IMG/VR virus record: IMGVR_UViG_3300029288_000091 | Direction: 5' to 3' (one strand) | Origin: an uncultured virus (IMG/VR IMGVR_UViG_3300029288_000091) | Taxonomy: Duplodnaviria; Heunggongvirae; Uroviricota; Caudoviricetes | DNA length: 64,000 nt | Shown here: one piece after another, positions 1 to 9,985 of the stretch | How the letters are laid out: each line of letters starts with the position of its first letter | Position numbering within the stretch: the stretch's first letter is position 1 | Made by a program: the position numbers and the translations under genes | The notes under the pieces: generated by a model | Seen by the model: only the letters and a program-made list of their open reading frames with translations | The model's database searches: none | Told to the model about the DNA's origin: nothing

Positions 1-10
1 ATATTTTCTC

Positions 11-496
11 TCATTCCAATTTTATATTTATAAGCGGGCAAGTTGTAATAAATTGGTGATATTTAACTCCCGCCGCATCAAGCATTCTTTTAGAGGCAAT
101 TTCCCAGTCCAAATCTTGGTATTTATCTTTTAAATAATAAATCTCTTTAATACCACTCTGAATCATTAATTTAGCACATTCGTTACAAGGAAATAAAGAA
201 ACATATAAAACGCAATTATTTAAATCTTTTTGATTAGAATTTGCAATCGCGTTGAGTTCAGCATGTGCGACATATAAATATTTATTTTCTAATGGATCTT
301 TATTATCTCGTCCCCAAGGGAAAAGATCATCTTCACATCCATTAGGAAAGCCATTATAGCCAACTCCCACAATCTTCTTATCTTTATTAACAATACATGC
401 GCCAACTTGAGTGTTTGGATCTTTTGAACGCATAGCTGCAAGTTGCGCCATAGCCATAAAATAATCGTTCCACGATATGTAATCATTTCTTTTCAT
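11..496 (-). CDS. dCMP deaminase
   Basis: HAELNAI and PCNEC zinc motifs, SKDPNTQVGAC. Confidence 0.95.
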   Translation of the reverse strand: MKRNDYISWNDYFMAMAQLAAMRSKDPNTQVGACIVNKDKKIVGVGYNGFPNGCEDDLFPWGRDNKDPLENKYLYVAHAELNAIANSNQKDLNNCVLYVSLFPCNECAKLMIQSGIKEIYYLKDKYQDLDWEIASKRMLDAAGVKYHQFITTCPLINIKLE

Positions 497-717
497 TTAT
501 CACCAAGTTTTTTGTTATTAAACTCACCTGCCTAATAAAACTATCATAGTCCATTTTGCCTTTCATAATATTACACACTCCACAACAAGGCAAACAATTG
601 GCTAATTCATATCCAACTTTATTATCTTTCCTATCAATGCCAACTCGATAATTTCCACCACAATAATGACAATTTTGATTTATAATATTTAAAAATTCTT
701 CTTTTGTAAGTAAAAAC
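483..717 (-). pseudogene. HNH endonuclease C-terminal remnant abutting the IS right end
   Basis: Manual translation FLLTKEEF..CHYCG..GIDRKDNKVGY..NCLPCCGVCNIMKG; no start codon. Confidence 0.7.
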
Positions 718-734
718 GTGACACTCTGCTTGGG

Positions 735-1898
735 CTAAAGCCCAGCAGCTTCTCGAACAACGTGTGGCCTTACTTCAGCCTGCGTTAGCGCTCGAAGGCG
801 GTGCCCCCGCCGTTTAATATTTTTAGATGCGTTTATGTCGCGATCTTCCACAAGCCCGCACTCGGGGCAAACGTGGATGCGAACAGACAGACTCTTTTTG
901 ACTATCGCGCCACACGAACTACACTCTTGCGAGGTCCCTCTCGGGTTCACTCGAAAAAACTCTCTCGCGGCACTTGCAGCCTTCGATTCGAGTATCTGAG
1001 TGAACTGTGCCCACGCGGCATCATGTACTTGTTTTGCTAGACGACCTTTCGCTAAACCCTTTACATTTAAATTTTCTACAGAAATTGAATCAAACTGTCG
1101 GACAATATTTAATGCTGTTTTGTGGTGAAAATCTAAGCGAACACGCCGAACGCGATCATGCTGCTTAGCGAGCAAAACAATCGCTTTTCTTCTTCGATTT
1201 GACTTTTTATTCTTTCGTCGGGAAACTACCCGTTGCGCCTTGGCTAGCGCTTTTTGTGCCGATTCGTATGGCCTTGGATTAGCGATCAACGTCCCATCGC
1301 TCAAAGCAGCAAATGTACTAATTCCAACATCAATCCCAACACTCCTTCCTGTTTTTGGGAGAGGAGTCGCAGAAATATCAACACAAGAAAAAATAGCGTA
1401 CCAATGCCCATCGCCGCCTAACGTGATCGATACTTGTTTGACTTTACCATCGATAGGTCGGTGCAATTTAATCTTTATATTGCCAATGCCGGAAACCTTA
1501 ATCCGCTTTTTACTATCCGAAAGGCGCACGCCGTTATTATGAGAAGCGTCTTTGAAAGTGAATGTTCTGTAGCGACCTCGCCCCCTGAACCTGGGATAAC
1601 CCGGTTTTTCTCCAGATTTACACCGTCTAAAAAATGCTTGAAACGCTCGGTCTAAACGTGTGATGGCGTCCTGCAAAAGGTGTGTATGTATTTGGCCATA
1701 CTCAGGGCGAATCTCGCGAACAGCGACTATCTCTTTCATCTGCCTGTAAGCCGTAATGGAAATACTTTGTTTTTGGTAGGCATCGCGCCGCTCTTGTAAT
1801 GCCGCATTATACAATTCGCGCAAACGCTCAAGCGTTTCCCGCAACACAATCTCTTGTGACTTCGTTGGGCAAATCCGATATTTAAACGCTTTAACCAA
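735..1898 (-). CDS. tnpB: TnpB RNA-guided endonuclease
   Basis: KAFKYRI HTH start, RuvC GIDVG / VENL / DRDINAS, zinc finger CSSCG..CPECG. Confidence 0.95.
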   Translation of the reverse strand: MVKAFKYRICPTKSQEIVLRETLERLRELYNAALQERRDAYQKQSISITAYRQMKEIVAVREIRPEYGQIHTHLLQDAITRLDRAFQAFFRRCKSGEKPGYPRFRGRGRYRTFTFKDASHNNGVRLSDSKKRIKVSGIGNIKIKLHRPIDGKVKQVSITLGGDGHWYAIFSCVDISATPLPKTGRSVGIDVGISTFAALSDGTLIANPRPYESAQKALAKAQRVVSRRKNKKSNRRRKAIVLLAKQHDRVRRVRLDFHHKTALNIVRQFDSISVENLNVKGLAKGRLAKQVHDAAWAQFTQILESKAASAAREFFRVNPRGTSQECSSCGAIVKKSLSVRIHVCPECGLVEDRDINASKNIKRRGHRLRALTQAEVRPHVVREAAGL

Positions 1899-2291
1899 TT
1901 AAAGTCCTCGTTGCGCCGCAATATATTTTTGAATCGTGTCCTGACTCACATTTCCTGCGGTAGCTGCAAAAAATGAACGTGTCCACAAAGATGGAAGCCT
2001 TCGTTTTAAGTCTGGGTACTTAGCTCTCAATTCATGCGAAGTGAGCCCCTTACATTCCTTGACAATCTCCGAAGCAGACGTCTCTGGCCAGACTCTAACA
2101 AACAAGTGAATGTGGTCCGGCTGAATCGCTAATTGCAGTATCTTCCACCCATGCTGATCACATTTTCTCTCAATTAATGTTTTACAATCAGAAGCAATAT
2201 CGCCTACCAAAATGGCTTTGCGCCGTTTTGGCGTCCAAACTAAATGAAAAACCACTAAATGAACCCGATGCTCGTCTCTTTGGTAATCCAT
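1899..2291 (-). CDS. tnpA: IS200-type Y1 (HUH) transposase
   Basis: HLVWTPKRR, DHIHLF (HUH), LWTRSFF, KYIAAQ catalytic Tyr; start MDYQ chosen because it follows the promoter and RBS. Confidence 0.93.
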   Translation of the reverse strand: MDYQRDEHRVHLVVFHLVWTPKRRKAILVGDIASDCKTLIERKCDQHGWKILQLAIQPDHIHLFVRVWPETSASEIVKECKGLTSHELRAKYPDLKRRLPSLWTRSFFAATAGNVSQDTIQKYIAAQRGL

Positions 2292-2315
2292 AAACTTGTT
2301 GTTTCCTTTGTATCC

Positions 2316-2343
2316 ATTATACATCTCCTCAACACAAAGGCAA
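2316..2343 (-). promoter_or_regulatory. sigma70-like promoter in the IS left end
   Basis: TTGCCT-16 bp-TATAAT upstream of tnpA. Confidence 0.55.
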
Positions 2344-2459
2344 GCTAAAAGATGTGGCTAAAGCCAAAGAAAAAAGCCCGCCTATTCGCTGGGACTAAAG
2401 TCGCGCGACTTGCGGCGGGCTTCAGGAATGGTCAGTTTCAGGACGCTCGTCCTTTATCA

Positions 2460-2714
2460 TTATTCCCTCTTATAGTTTATTAATTTCCTTCTTTGCTTCT
2501 TACATTGCTGTTTTATTAGTTCTTGTAATAGTTTAAATAAGAACTCTGGTGTAATTTGCGCACCACATAAATTAATTGATGTACTATTACAATAAGACTG
2601 TAGACTTATTTCCTGATTTGTATAGACCACATCAGGATCTCCATTATGATAAAATTTGGTTTTAAGAGTTAAACTTTCTCCACCATTATCATGATCGTTG
2701 AAACAAAAAAACAT
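2460..2714 (-). CDS. hypothetical protein
   Basis: ORF in gene-dense run. Confidence 0.55.
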   Translation of the reverse strand: MFFCFNDHDNGGESLTLKTKFYHNGDPDVVYTNQEISLQSYCNSTSINLCGAQITPEFLFKLLQELIKQQCKKQRRKLINYKRE

Positions 2715-2734
2715 GTATTTTAAGCAATCTATCT

Positions 2735-3355
2735 CTATTCATCTCGTTCTCCCATTTCTCCATTATTAATCTTAATAACTATATTTTTAAGTTTCTCAAT
2801 GTCTTCTGCCATTTCCTTATGTCCTGAACCCCTCAAACAATAGCTTGGATGTAGCATTGGGAAAACAGGATATTGTTTTCCATTTGACCAAGTGCGTGAT
2901 AAAATAATCACTCCTCTCTTTTTGGTAATACCAGTTGTCTCGCAAACTCCATAAAGAGGTATATTTCCTAGTGTAATTATAAGTTTAGGGTCGTGTAAAT
3001 AAATCTCGGCGTCCAGAAATTCGCGGCACGCCTCGATCTCGTTAGGTAGAGGATTTCGATTGCCAGGAGGTCGACAGTGACAGGTGTTTGTTGTATAAAC
3101 TTCTTCCCTTGAAAGACCAGCACCAGTTAAAATTTTGTCGTTATAAAATTGACCAGAACGACCGACAAGTGGCAGTTTTTGCCTAACTTCTTCAGCTCCA
3201 CCCGCCTCGGCAATAAATATAATTTCTGCTGGAACACGCCCATTAGCAAATACATGTGGATCTTCACCATCTACTAATTCTTGGCCCAAAGTACATTTCT
3301 TACAGGAATAGCACTTTTCTTTTAGCTTATAGATCTCATCTTTATAATTAATCAT
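2735..3355 (-). CDS. udg: uracil-DNA glycosylase, family 4
   Basis: CKKCTL Fe-S cysteines, AEAGG, CRPPGNRNP, HPS motif. Confidence 0.9.
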   Translation of the reverse strand: MINYKDEIYKLKEKCYSCKKCTLGQELVDGEDPHVFANGRVPAEIIFIAEAGGAEEVRQKLPLVGRSGQFYNDKILTGAGLSREEVYTTNTCHCRPPGNRNPLPNEIEACREFLDAEIYLHDPKLIITLGNIPLYGVCETTGITKKRGVIILSRTWSNGKQYPVFPMLHPSYCLRGSGHKEMAEDIEKLKNIVIKINNGEMGERDE

Positions 3356-3989
3356 TTGTGCTCCGTATTAACCATTCTATTTTGGTAGCTTTGTTGTGAG
3401 CATCTTGGTAGTTTTTTCCCTTTTCCATTAATCGGCGCTCAATAAGTTCGTGGAGCATAATATATAATCTTTCGCCCTTAACAACATCATTGTCAATCCA
3501 AACTTCTCCCTCTGGAATAAAATTATATACCAAATCGTGGCCACCTTCAGTAAAGTCTATGTAAAACAAATCTCTAACAAGTTCCCCATCAACTACCCAT
3601 ACATCAACATCTTCAAACGCGGCAATCTTTTTAACTTTTATTTTTTTAACTTGTTTAGAATAATCTTTAGGTGCCTTTTTAAACTTTTTACTTTTAAAAC
3701 GGTCTGCACGTTCTGCCCGATCAGCCAACTCAAGAGCTTCTTCATAAGAAAGCCCTTGACTCATAAATTTTCTCTCAATAAGGAGGTGTGTAATGAAAAA
3801 ATTTATTTCATTACTATCTCCATCATCAATCCATAGTTCATTTTCTGGAATGAACTTAAATCGCCAATGTTGGCCAAAGTTTGTGAATTCTGGATCTACA
3901 TTTTTACGTATGATTGGCCCACTGACACTCCAAATTTCCAACGGGCCAATCTTGTTAATCAGTTTCTTCTTCGGAGATTTCTTCGTCAT
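3348..3989 (-). CDS. hypothetical protein with internally duplicated domain
   Basis: Two repeats of W-x-V-x-G..R..FT..G.H....FIPE.E.WID..H(L/E)LIER. Confidence 0.75.
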   Translation of the reverse strand: MTKKSPKKKLINKIGPLEIWSVSGPIIRKNVDPEFTNFGQHWRFKFIPENELWIDDGDSNEINFFITHLLIERKFMSQGLSYEEALELADRAERADRFKSKKFKKAPKDYSKQVKKIKVKKIAAFEDVDVWVVDGELVRDLFYIDFTEGGHDLVYNFIPEGEVWIDNDVVKGERLYIMLHELIERRLMEKGKNYQDAHNKATKIEWLIRSTND

Positions 3990-4000
3990 TATCTACCTCA

Positions 4001-4810
4001 CTACCAGGCAAAACATTTGTTTTTATATTTTTTTATGCCAACCCTATTTGCTTTTATTTTAATTGCCATAACAGTTCTACCCATTATTTTACTTAGTTCT
4101 TTAAGTGTATAATTCATATAATTATTATTTAAATATTCTATTTCTTCGCTTGTCCAAAAAGATTTATTTTTCTTTTTATTTATACCATCAATGGCTACCG
4201 TATATTTCCTGTTTAAAAAAAGTCCAAGGTCGGAGTAAATCAAATTTATAAGCCTCTTTGTGTTTTTAATTGATAAATCTAAGTTATAAGAATTATATTG
4301 TTTTCTTATCCTTGATTTAATATCTAATTTTTCAAGTATATTTTTAAAACCTAGTATAAAATCATAAGATGTAGAACAAAAACTAGATTCAATATATCCA
4401 CGATGGAAAAAGAATGAACCATCTCCATCCCACAAACCACGTATAAAGTGTAATAAAAATTCTTCTGGAATATTTGGAAATTTAACTAAAAAGGTTTTAT
4501 TCGGAACTATATAAAATTTCTCCAGCTGTTCATAAAGTTTCCATCCAAAACCTTTATCTCCATATTTACTTATAGGAAAATTCCACCTATAGCTTTTAAT
4601 TTTTCCTTTATGCTTTTGTGGCAATACAGAGCCGCCAAAAACTTTTAAAATATCGTCTAAAATTTGTTTATCTTTCGTTTGTAATTCTATACTAACACAC
4701 GGTGTTTTCTTATATAAATTTCCATCTGTTAAAATCAATCCCAAAAGATATGCCTTATTTTTATCGAGGACATCAAACATAGACATCTCCAAAAGTTTCG
4801 CCTTTACCAT
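4001..4810 (-). CDS. free-standing LAGLIDADG homing endonuclease
   Basis: YLLGLILTDG and FIRGLWDGDG motifs, C-terminal HTH. Confidence 0.9.
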   Translation of the reverse strand: MVKAKLLEMSMFDVLDKNKAYLLGLILTDGNLYKKTPCVSIELQTKDKQILDDILKVFGGSVLPQKHKGKIKSYRWNFPISKYGDKGFGWKLYEQLEKFYIVPNKTFLVKFPNIPEEFLLHFIRGLWDGDGSFFFHRGYIESSFCSTSYDFILGFKNILEKLDIKSRIRKQYNSYNLDLSIKNTKRLINLIYSDLGLFLNRKYTVAIDGINKKKNKSFWTSEEIEYLNNNYMNYTLKELSKIMGRTVMAIKIKANRVGIKKYKNKCFAW

Positions 4811-4830
4811 ATGACAATTAATTAATAGTT

Positions 4831-6045
4831 CTATTCTTCGTCTTGTTGAACTTCAGAATTGTCACCCGGAAGATATAAAAAAACTTGTCTATTTTTTGAT
4901 TTAAATGTTTTTTTACAAGACACATTAATCTCTTCTTTTGACATATTATTAATCCTATTTATAGAAACATTTAAATCTGGCAAATTATAATATGAACGAC
5001 CATTAAGTATGGCATTCAGTCCATATGAAGTTTCGGTAATAGAATATATTTCTGATTTATATTTATTTTTAGCTCTTATCATTTCTTCATCAGTTGGACC
5101 ATTTTTAAGAAGTAATGCTACTTCTTGGTCCATTAGGTTGATAGCTTCCTCGACGTTTTTCTGGGCAGTTCTAATCCATAACATATACCAACCAACTTCA
5201 CGATAAAAAGATAAATAACCACCAACTGCATAACACAATCCGCGCTCTTGTCGTATTTTTTGAAATAGTCTTGAATCCATATCATCTGCAAAAAACTTAT
5301 TAGCATAGTTTAGAGAAAGCGAGTTAGAGTCACCAATATTACAAGATTTATAACAAACAAAAGCTCTTGCTTGTTGAATTCTATCGTCCTTTATAACTTG
5401 TATTTTTTCATTTTTAAAAGTTGTTTTTACTTTTCTAGAACGCTTAAATTCTCCATCATTATCTCCAAATACACTAATAATCGTATTGATGTCAAGCTCA
5501 TTTGGTCCAGTTATTGTAAGCAGTAATCTCTCTGGACGATAATAGTTTTTATGAAATTTACGAAGCTCATCTAAAGTAATCGCTTTTATGCTTTCTTCCG
5601 TACCAATAATTGGAGCAGAATATGGGCCATTACACAAAAATATATTTAATGATTCATAAACACAAGAATCAATATCATCGCGACCACCACGTTCTTCTTC
5701 TAATACAACATCACGTTCTTTTTCAAAAGATTCATTGTTGAATTGACCATCAAATAAAACTTTTTTAAGTAGTTCTGCAGCCTTAAAAGCATTTTCTACT
5801 GGTACAATAATATAAAAACAAACTTTGTCGTGGTAGGTACCAGCATTCCAATCTGCTCCCAAAGTTGCCATCTGACGATTCAGTTCGTCAGGGCTTAGAT
5901 CTTTAGTTCCCAAGAAAACCATGTGTTCACAGAAATGTGCGATTCCTGGTGTAAAATTGCCACCAAATTCAACATTAGAACCAGCATCAAAAGTTGCTTT
6001 TAAACATACGCGCTTAGAACTAATAAATTCGAAAATAGCTTTCAT
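4831..6045 (-). CDS. M16 family zinc peptidase
   Basis: GIAHFCEHM (HxxEH), NAGT, SRLFQKIRQERGLCY. Confidence 0.92.
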   Translation of the reverse strand: MKAIFEFISSKRVCLKATFDAGSNVEFGGNFTPGIAHFCEHMVFLGTKDLSPDELNRQMATLGADWNAGTYHDKVCFYIIVPVENAFKAAELLKKVLFDGQFNNESFEKERDVVLEEERGGRDDIDSCVYESLNIFLCNGPYSAPIIGTEESIKAITLDELRKFHKNYYRPERLLLTITGPNELDINTIISVFGDNDGEFKRSRKVKTTFKNEKIQVIKDDRIQQARAFVCYKSCNIGDSNSLSLNYANKFFADDMDSRLFQKIRQERGLCYAVGGYLSFYREVGWYMLWIRTAQKNVEEAINLMDQEVALLLKNGPTDEEMIRAKNKYKSEIYSITETSYGLNAILNGRSYYNLPDLNVSINRINNMSKEEINVSCKKTFKSKNRQVFLYLPGDNSEVQQDEE

Positions 6046-7012
6046 CTATTTTTTTCCTTCCTCTATTTTTAGAGAATTTTTATAAACAATATCCCAATCA
6101 TTTTCCCAAATTGTAATTAAATTGTAGCCCGCCTCTTTTATTAAACGCTCTCTTTTCATAGTGTTTTCATATAATTCTTTATAAGTTTTATGATATACAC
6201 GACTTATACCATCTAAGTTTCTGATTTTAAGATTTCCGTAAAACTCATCGCCATAAAACTCATAAAAAGTGTTTGTTACAGAATCAAAACCATCTGCCTC
6301 GATTTTTCTCTTAAAACCTTTTACATCCACTCTAAACCCTTTTTAATATTTAGATTATTAAAACTATCTATCCAAGCAAAAAAAATTTTTTAGAGTATAC
6401 TTTTCTACATTTAGGACATCCCGCTATTGCTATTATTTCTATGTTTTAAAGAAGATCTCCATTTAAACTTACACTTTATACATTTCTACCAAATTTTTCT
6501 TTACTATTTGGAGCATACTTGTCTGGTACTAATTTATTTTTATCGTGATCCCATTCTTTACATAGTTTTGGATTTATAGTTAATAAGCAGTTGTTTTCAT
6601 CTATATATTTATTAATGTATTTTGGACAACCTGTTTTTTGAGACATTCTATTATTAATATGTGCTATCCATTAATGTCCACAAGTATTACATTTCACCAA
6701 ACCCTTTTGTTGCTGTTTGACGCAAGATCTTTTGGACTTATAATATTTTTAATTCTTCACATAATTTTGGATTTACAGCTAATAAACAATTAGTTTCATC
6801 TATATATTGACTAGCACACCTGGCACCCTCTTTTTAAAAAACCCTATTGTTTATTTTGGTTTACATTTAAAATTGTATTTTATACATTTCCACCAAACTA
6901 TTTTATCGATATGGGTAGCAACTTCTTTTGGGACAAACATATTCTGTTCGAAATCCCATTCATCACAAAGTTCTGGATTGCTTTCAAACAAACTTATCTT
7001 AATCGTTTTCAT
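6046..7012 (-). pseudogene. decayed zinc-ribbon-repeat / Vsr-like endonuclease
   Basis: Start MKTIKISLFESNPELCDEWDFEQN..VWWKC with RBS, several frameshifts and stops; C-terminal ADGFD..YEFYGDEF..GYNLITIWE. Confidence 0.7.
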
Positions 7013-7101
7013 ACTAATATTCTCCTTTTGTCAATATAACTATGTGTAAAAATTAGTAGAAAACATAATCATTACAAACACTTTTGCTATTCGTTTTCTT
7101 T

Positions 7102-7644
7102 TTAGGTTAATTTTTGTAGCGATTCCTCTAAGTCTAGAATTTTCTCTATAATTGAAAGTCTATCTGGTCGATCACTAACCCACAATTCTCTTACAATATC
7201 TAGTTTTTTCTGTAACTCTGCCAATTCACTTCGTGACTCATATAATTGAATAAAAGCTTTTTGTAGTCTTGAAGTAAATTGTTCATATTTATATTTAAGT
7301 TCATTTTGCATCGCTTCATTTTCACCAGCAACAAGTTGAGATGATCTAAAGAAATCAACCATAACCAAATGAAGCAACTCATGACACGCTGCTTCATTCA
7401 TCTTTGCTTCAAAATCTTCTTCTCTTAATTGAAGCATACTATATGATATTTCTATTGTAGCAAAGAAATATTCAGTTGTTGATGCGTCTACTCTCGCAAA
7501 AGCTCCAGGTGTTGTATCATCATCGAATATAGTTAAATCAATGCTCCATAATGGATCCAAATGTAAAATGTCCCGCCACTTATCAATAATTTCTTCAGCT
7601 AATTTAAGCAACTTTCTTTCTTTTTTAGTAAAATTAAGATCCAT
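7102..7644 (-). CDS. hypothetical protein with HExxH motif
   Basis: HELLH. Confidence 0.65.
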   Translation of the reverse strand: MDLNFTKKERKLLKLAEEIIDKWRDILHLDPLWSIDLTIFDDDTTPGAFARVDASTTEYFFATIEISYSMLQLREEDFEAKMNEAACHELLHLVMVDFFRSSQLVAGENEAMQNELKYKYEQFTSRLQKAFIQLYESRSELAELQKKLDIVRELWVSDRPDRLSIIEKILDLEESLQKLT

Positions 7645-8131
7645 TAATTCCTCGCTTTATAAGTTCATCAGTAGCTAGCTTTTTGACAAGCGCGCCATCA
7701 ACAACTTTATTATTATCTTTAAAATGTTTCATTACAAAACCAATAACCTTGCCTAGTTGTTTTATATCGTTTACATTTAAATAAGTGATCACCAATCCTA
7801 CTACTTTTGAAACATCTTCTGCTACATCGTTTTGATTAGGTAGAAATTTATCACAAAATTGAATTTCATTCTTGTATTCTTCTATTAAATTCTTTGCTTT
7901 TTCATCATCTCCGAACAGCTCAATAGCTTTTTCTAAAGACTTTTTATGAGCTGTAATAACTATGATTAGTACATTATCGTCTGCAAGTTTGGTTCTATCG
8001 ATTTTGTTTGCTACACAATATTCAGACACTTTTGCTTTCAAACCTCTTGTATAATTCTTGACACTTTCGTTGCTTGTCTTCATAGCTTCTTTAAGTTCAT
8101 CATTCAATTTCTGATGAATACTCATTCTCAA
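7634..8131 (-). CDS. GatB/YqeY domain protein
   Basis: LKEAMK start, EI..CDKFLP, KQLGKVIGFVM..VDGALV. Confidence 0.8.
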   Translation of the reverse strand: MRMSIHQKLNDELKEAMKTSNESVKNYTRGLKAKVSEYCVANKIDRTKLADDNVLIIVITAHKKSLEKAIELFGDDEKAKNLIEEYKNEIQFCDKFLPNQNDVAEDVSKVVGLVITYLNVNDIKQLGKVIGFVMKHFKDNNKVVDGALVKKLATDELIKRGINGS

Positions 8132-8895
8132 TTCTCCTTAGTCTTTTCAAAACATTCCCCACAAATATCATTCGGTTTATCAAAATGTTGCGAGCGAGCA
8201 TCATTACCACACCATTTACAAGGAATTTTATTTTGTTCCATTTGTTCATCTATTTTTTTAGAAAAATCTTCAAAAGACACCCCTTTTGAAACATCTTGGG
8301 CTCTGCTTTTTAATTCTTGAAGAGCGTAAGCCTTAATATCTGGAGGACCAATAAAAGCCAATTCTTCCACAATACCAATAATTAAATCAGCTAAAGTGTA
8401 TGACATTTTGGTTTTCAAAACTATTTCATCTGTTTCAGCATTTATTATAGAAACATTCTCATCTAGGATTATGGGAATTATCGAAAGCTCATTAAGCGGA
8501 GAAAACTCAACCGCATATTGCTCATCTTGTCCGCACCCATGAAAATCAAAATTCCAGAACATTTCAGAATTGTTTATTGTTACAAAACGACTTAATTCAA
8601 GAACAGAAATATTTTCTTTGTCTTTGTCTTTGTTAATTGTAGGTTCTAAAAGAGCTTCTATAATTAATTCATCTAAAAAAGGACAGCCAGTAATAATAGA
8701 AAATGTTGTAATATCTCTAGATAAAAGGACGAAAATATCTCTAAGGGTAACACCAACACTTAAACAAACAGTACTCGATAAATTAAGTTGAATTTCTTCT
8801 TTACAAATATCTTCGTTTACAAAATCAGCCGCTTCAGAATTCCAATCCCTTGCGATTAAATTTCCGCCCTTTGTGATTTGGATATCATAAATCAT
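8128..8895 (-). CDS. hypothetical protein
   Basis: Long ORF overlapping neighbours; C-terminal CxxC pairs. Confidence 0.7.
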   Translation of the reverse strand: MIYDIQITKGGNLIARDWNSEAADFVNEDICKEEIQLNLSSTVCLSVGVTLRDIFVLLSRDITTFSIITGCPFLDELIIEALLEPTINKDKDKENISVLELSRFVTINNSEMFWNFDFHGCGQDEQYAVEFSPLNELSIIPIILDENVSIINAETDEIVLKTKMSYTLADLIIGIVEELAFIGPPDIKAYALQELKSRAQDVSKGVSFEDFSKKIDEQMEQNKIPCKWCGNDARSQHFDKPNDICGECFEKTKEN

Positions 8896-9880
8896 TATCA
8901 ATCCTCTTTTTCGACAACGCAAATAAATCATCTGCTAATTTGACCAATTTAACTCGATCTTCTACGCCCCACCTCCAGCGCTCTGGAAATTGCGAATAAC
9001 CATATACAGCACCTAAAATAGAACCCGCAAGTGCACCAGTAGTGTCGGCATCTCCACCCTGGTTTATAATCTTCTCCAAACAATCTTGTAAGTTCTTACC
9101 ATATTTAAAAATCATAGCATATGTGAATGCGACAGATTCATTAACAAAAGACTTGACCCCTATCTTTTCACGCAATTCTTGGTCACTTTTGTCTCTTGCT
9201 AAATTTATTGCATATTCTAATTTTCTGAAAAACAGTTCTTTATTTAATATATCTTCATTAAATACTTCTTCTATTTGCTCTGCAAATATTGGTAATTCTT
9301 CAATATCAAACAATAGGGTCTCAATGTTTCCTTTAAGTGCCCTACCTATAAGATAAGCATGTAGTATTGCTGTTGTTGTAGCTCTTGGATCTCCATGTGT
9401 CATTTTTGATATATTGATACAGGCAGTTATAAGTTCAAATTTATTAATAATATCTAAGCCATATAAAATACCTATCGGAGATATTTTCATTGGAGGTCCA
9501 TTGCCCGCCGCATCTTTCTCTTCAGATTCCCACCAATTCACTCCGCTTAGAATTTTTTGGCAACCATTAAGAGTCGCTTTTCCCCAACCCCTCCGTTCAA
9601 CCTGAGATGCCTGTACATGTTTTATAGCTATATCATCATAATTAATACCATTATTTGCTACAATGGATTCTCCAATAGCAACTGTTAATTGTGTATCATC
9701 CGTCCATTGTCCTCTCTTTAAAGTATAATATGTACTACGACATTTTGGATTTGGTGTCCTATAAGAATTAATTATGCCAAAGTGTTTCTTTATCGTATTT
9801 GGTAAAAGCCCTTCAACTGGCATACCTAAAGCATCTCCAATAGCTACGCCAACAATTGCTCCACGAACTTTATCTTTCAT
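8885..9880 (-). CDS. ADP-ribosylglycohydrolase (DraG/ARH family)
   Basis: GDALGMPVE, WTDDTQL, GNG, THGDP, GGDADTTGA. Confidence 0.93.
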   Translation of the reverse strand: MKDKVRGAIVGVAIGDALGMPVEGLLPNTIKKHFGIINSYRTPNPKCRSTYYTLKRGQWTDDTQLTVAIGESIVANNGINYDDIAIKHVQASQVERRGWGKATLNGCQKILSGVNWWESEEKDAAGNGPPMKISPIGILYGLDIINKFELITACINISKMTHGDPRATTTAILHAYLIGRALKGNIETLLFDIEELPIFAEQIEEVFNEDILNKELFFRKLEYAINLARDKSDQELREKIGVKSFVNESVAFTYAMIFKYGKNLQDCLEKIINQGGDADTTGALAGSILGAVYGYSQFPERWRWGVEDRVKLVKLADDLFALSKKRIDNDL

Positions 9881-9985
9881 AAGATATCTCCTATCATACT
9901 AAAATTTGAAGTTATTTGGAAATCTGCCAATAAATAATAATTTATACAGGCATTATTTTATTTCATTTATAAGGAGCCAGTACCG

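Larger units (their letters stand above)
718..2430 (-). mobile_element. IS200/IS605-family element (tnpA + tnpB), 1713 bp
   Basis: Ends defined by identity with the second copy at 20539-20838; subterminal hairpins at both ends; right end finishes TCAC; TGAC immediately 5' of the left end in both copies; GC-richer than flanks. Confidence 0.93.

Noticed and set aside
801..1655. Plus-strand ORFs inside tnpB and similar antisense ORFs throughout the track
   Set aside because: They are shadows of well-supported opposite-strand genes and have no motifs or RBS
2431..2462. Hammerhead-like core (TGATAA-AGGACG/CGTCCT-GAAAC) beside the IS left end
   Set aside because: It lacks the C3-G8 pair and I could not find convincing stems I and III
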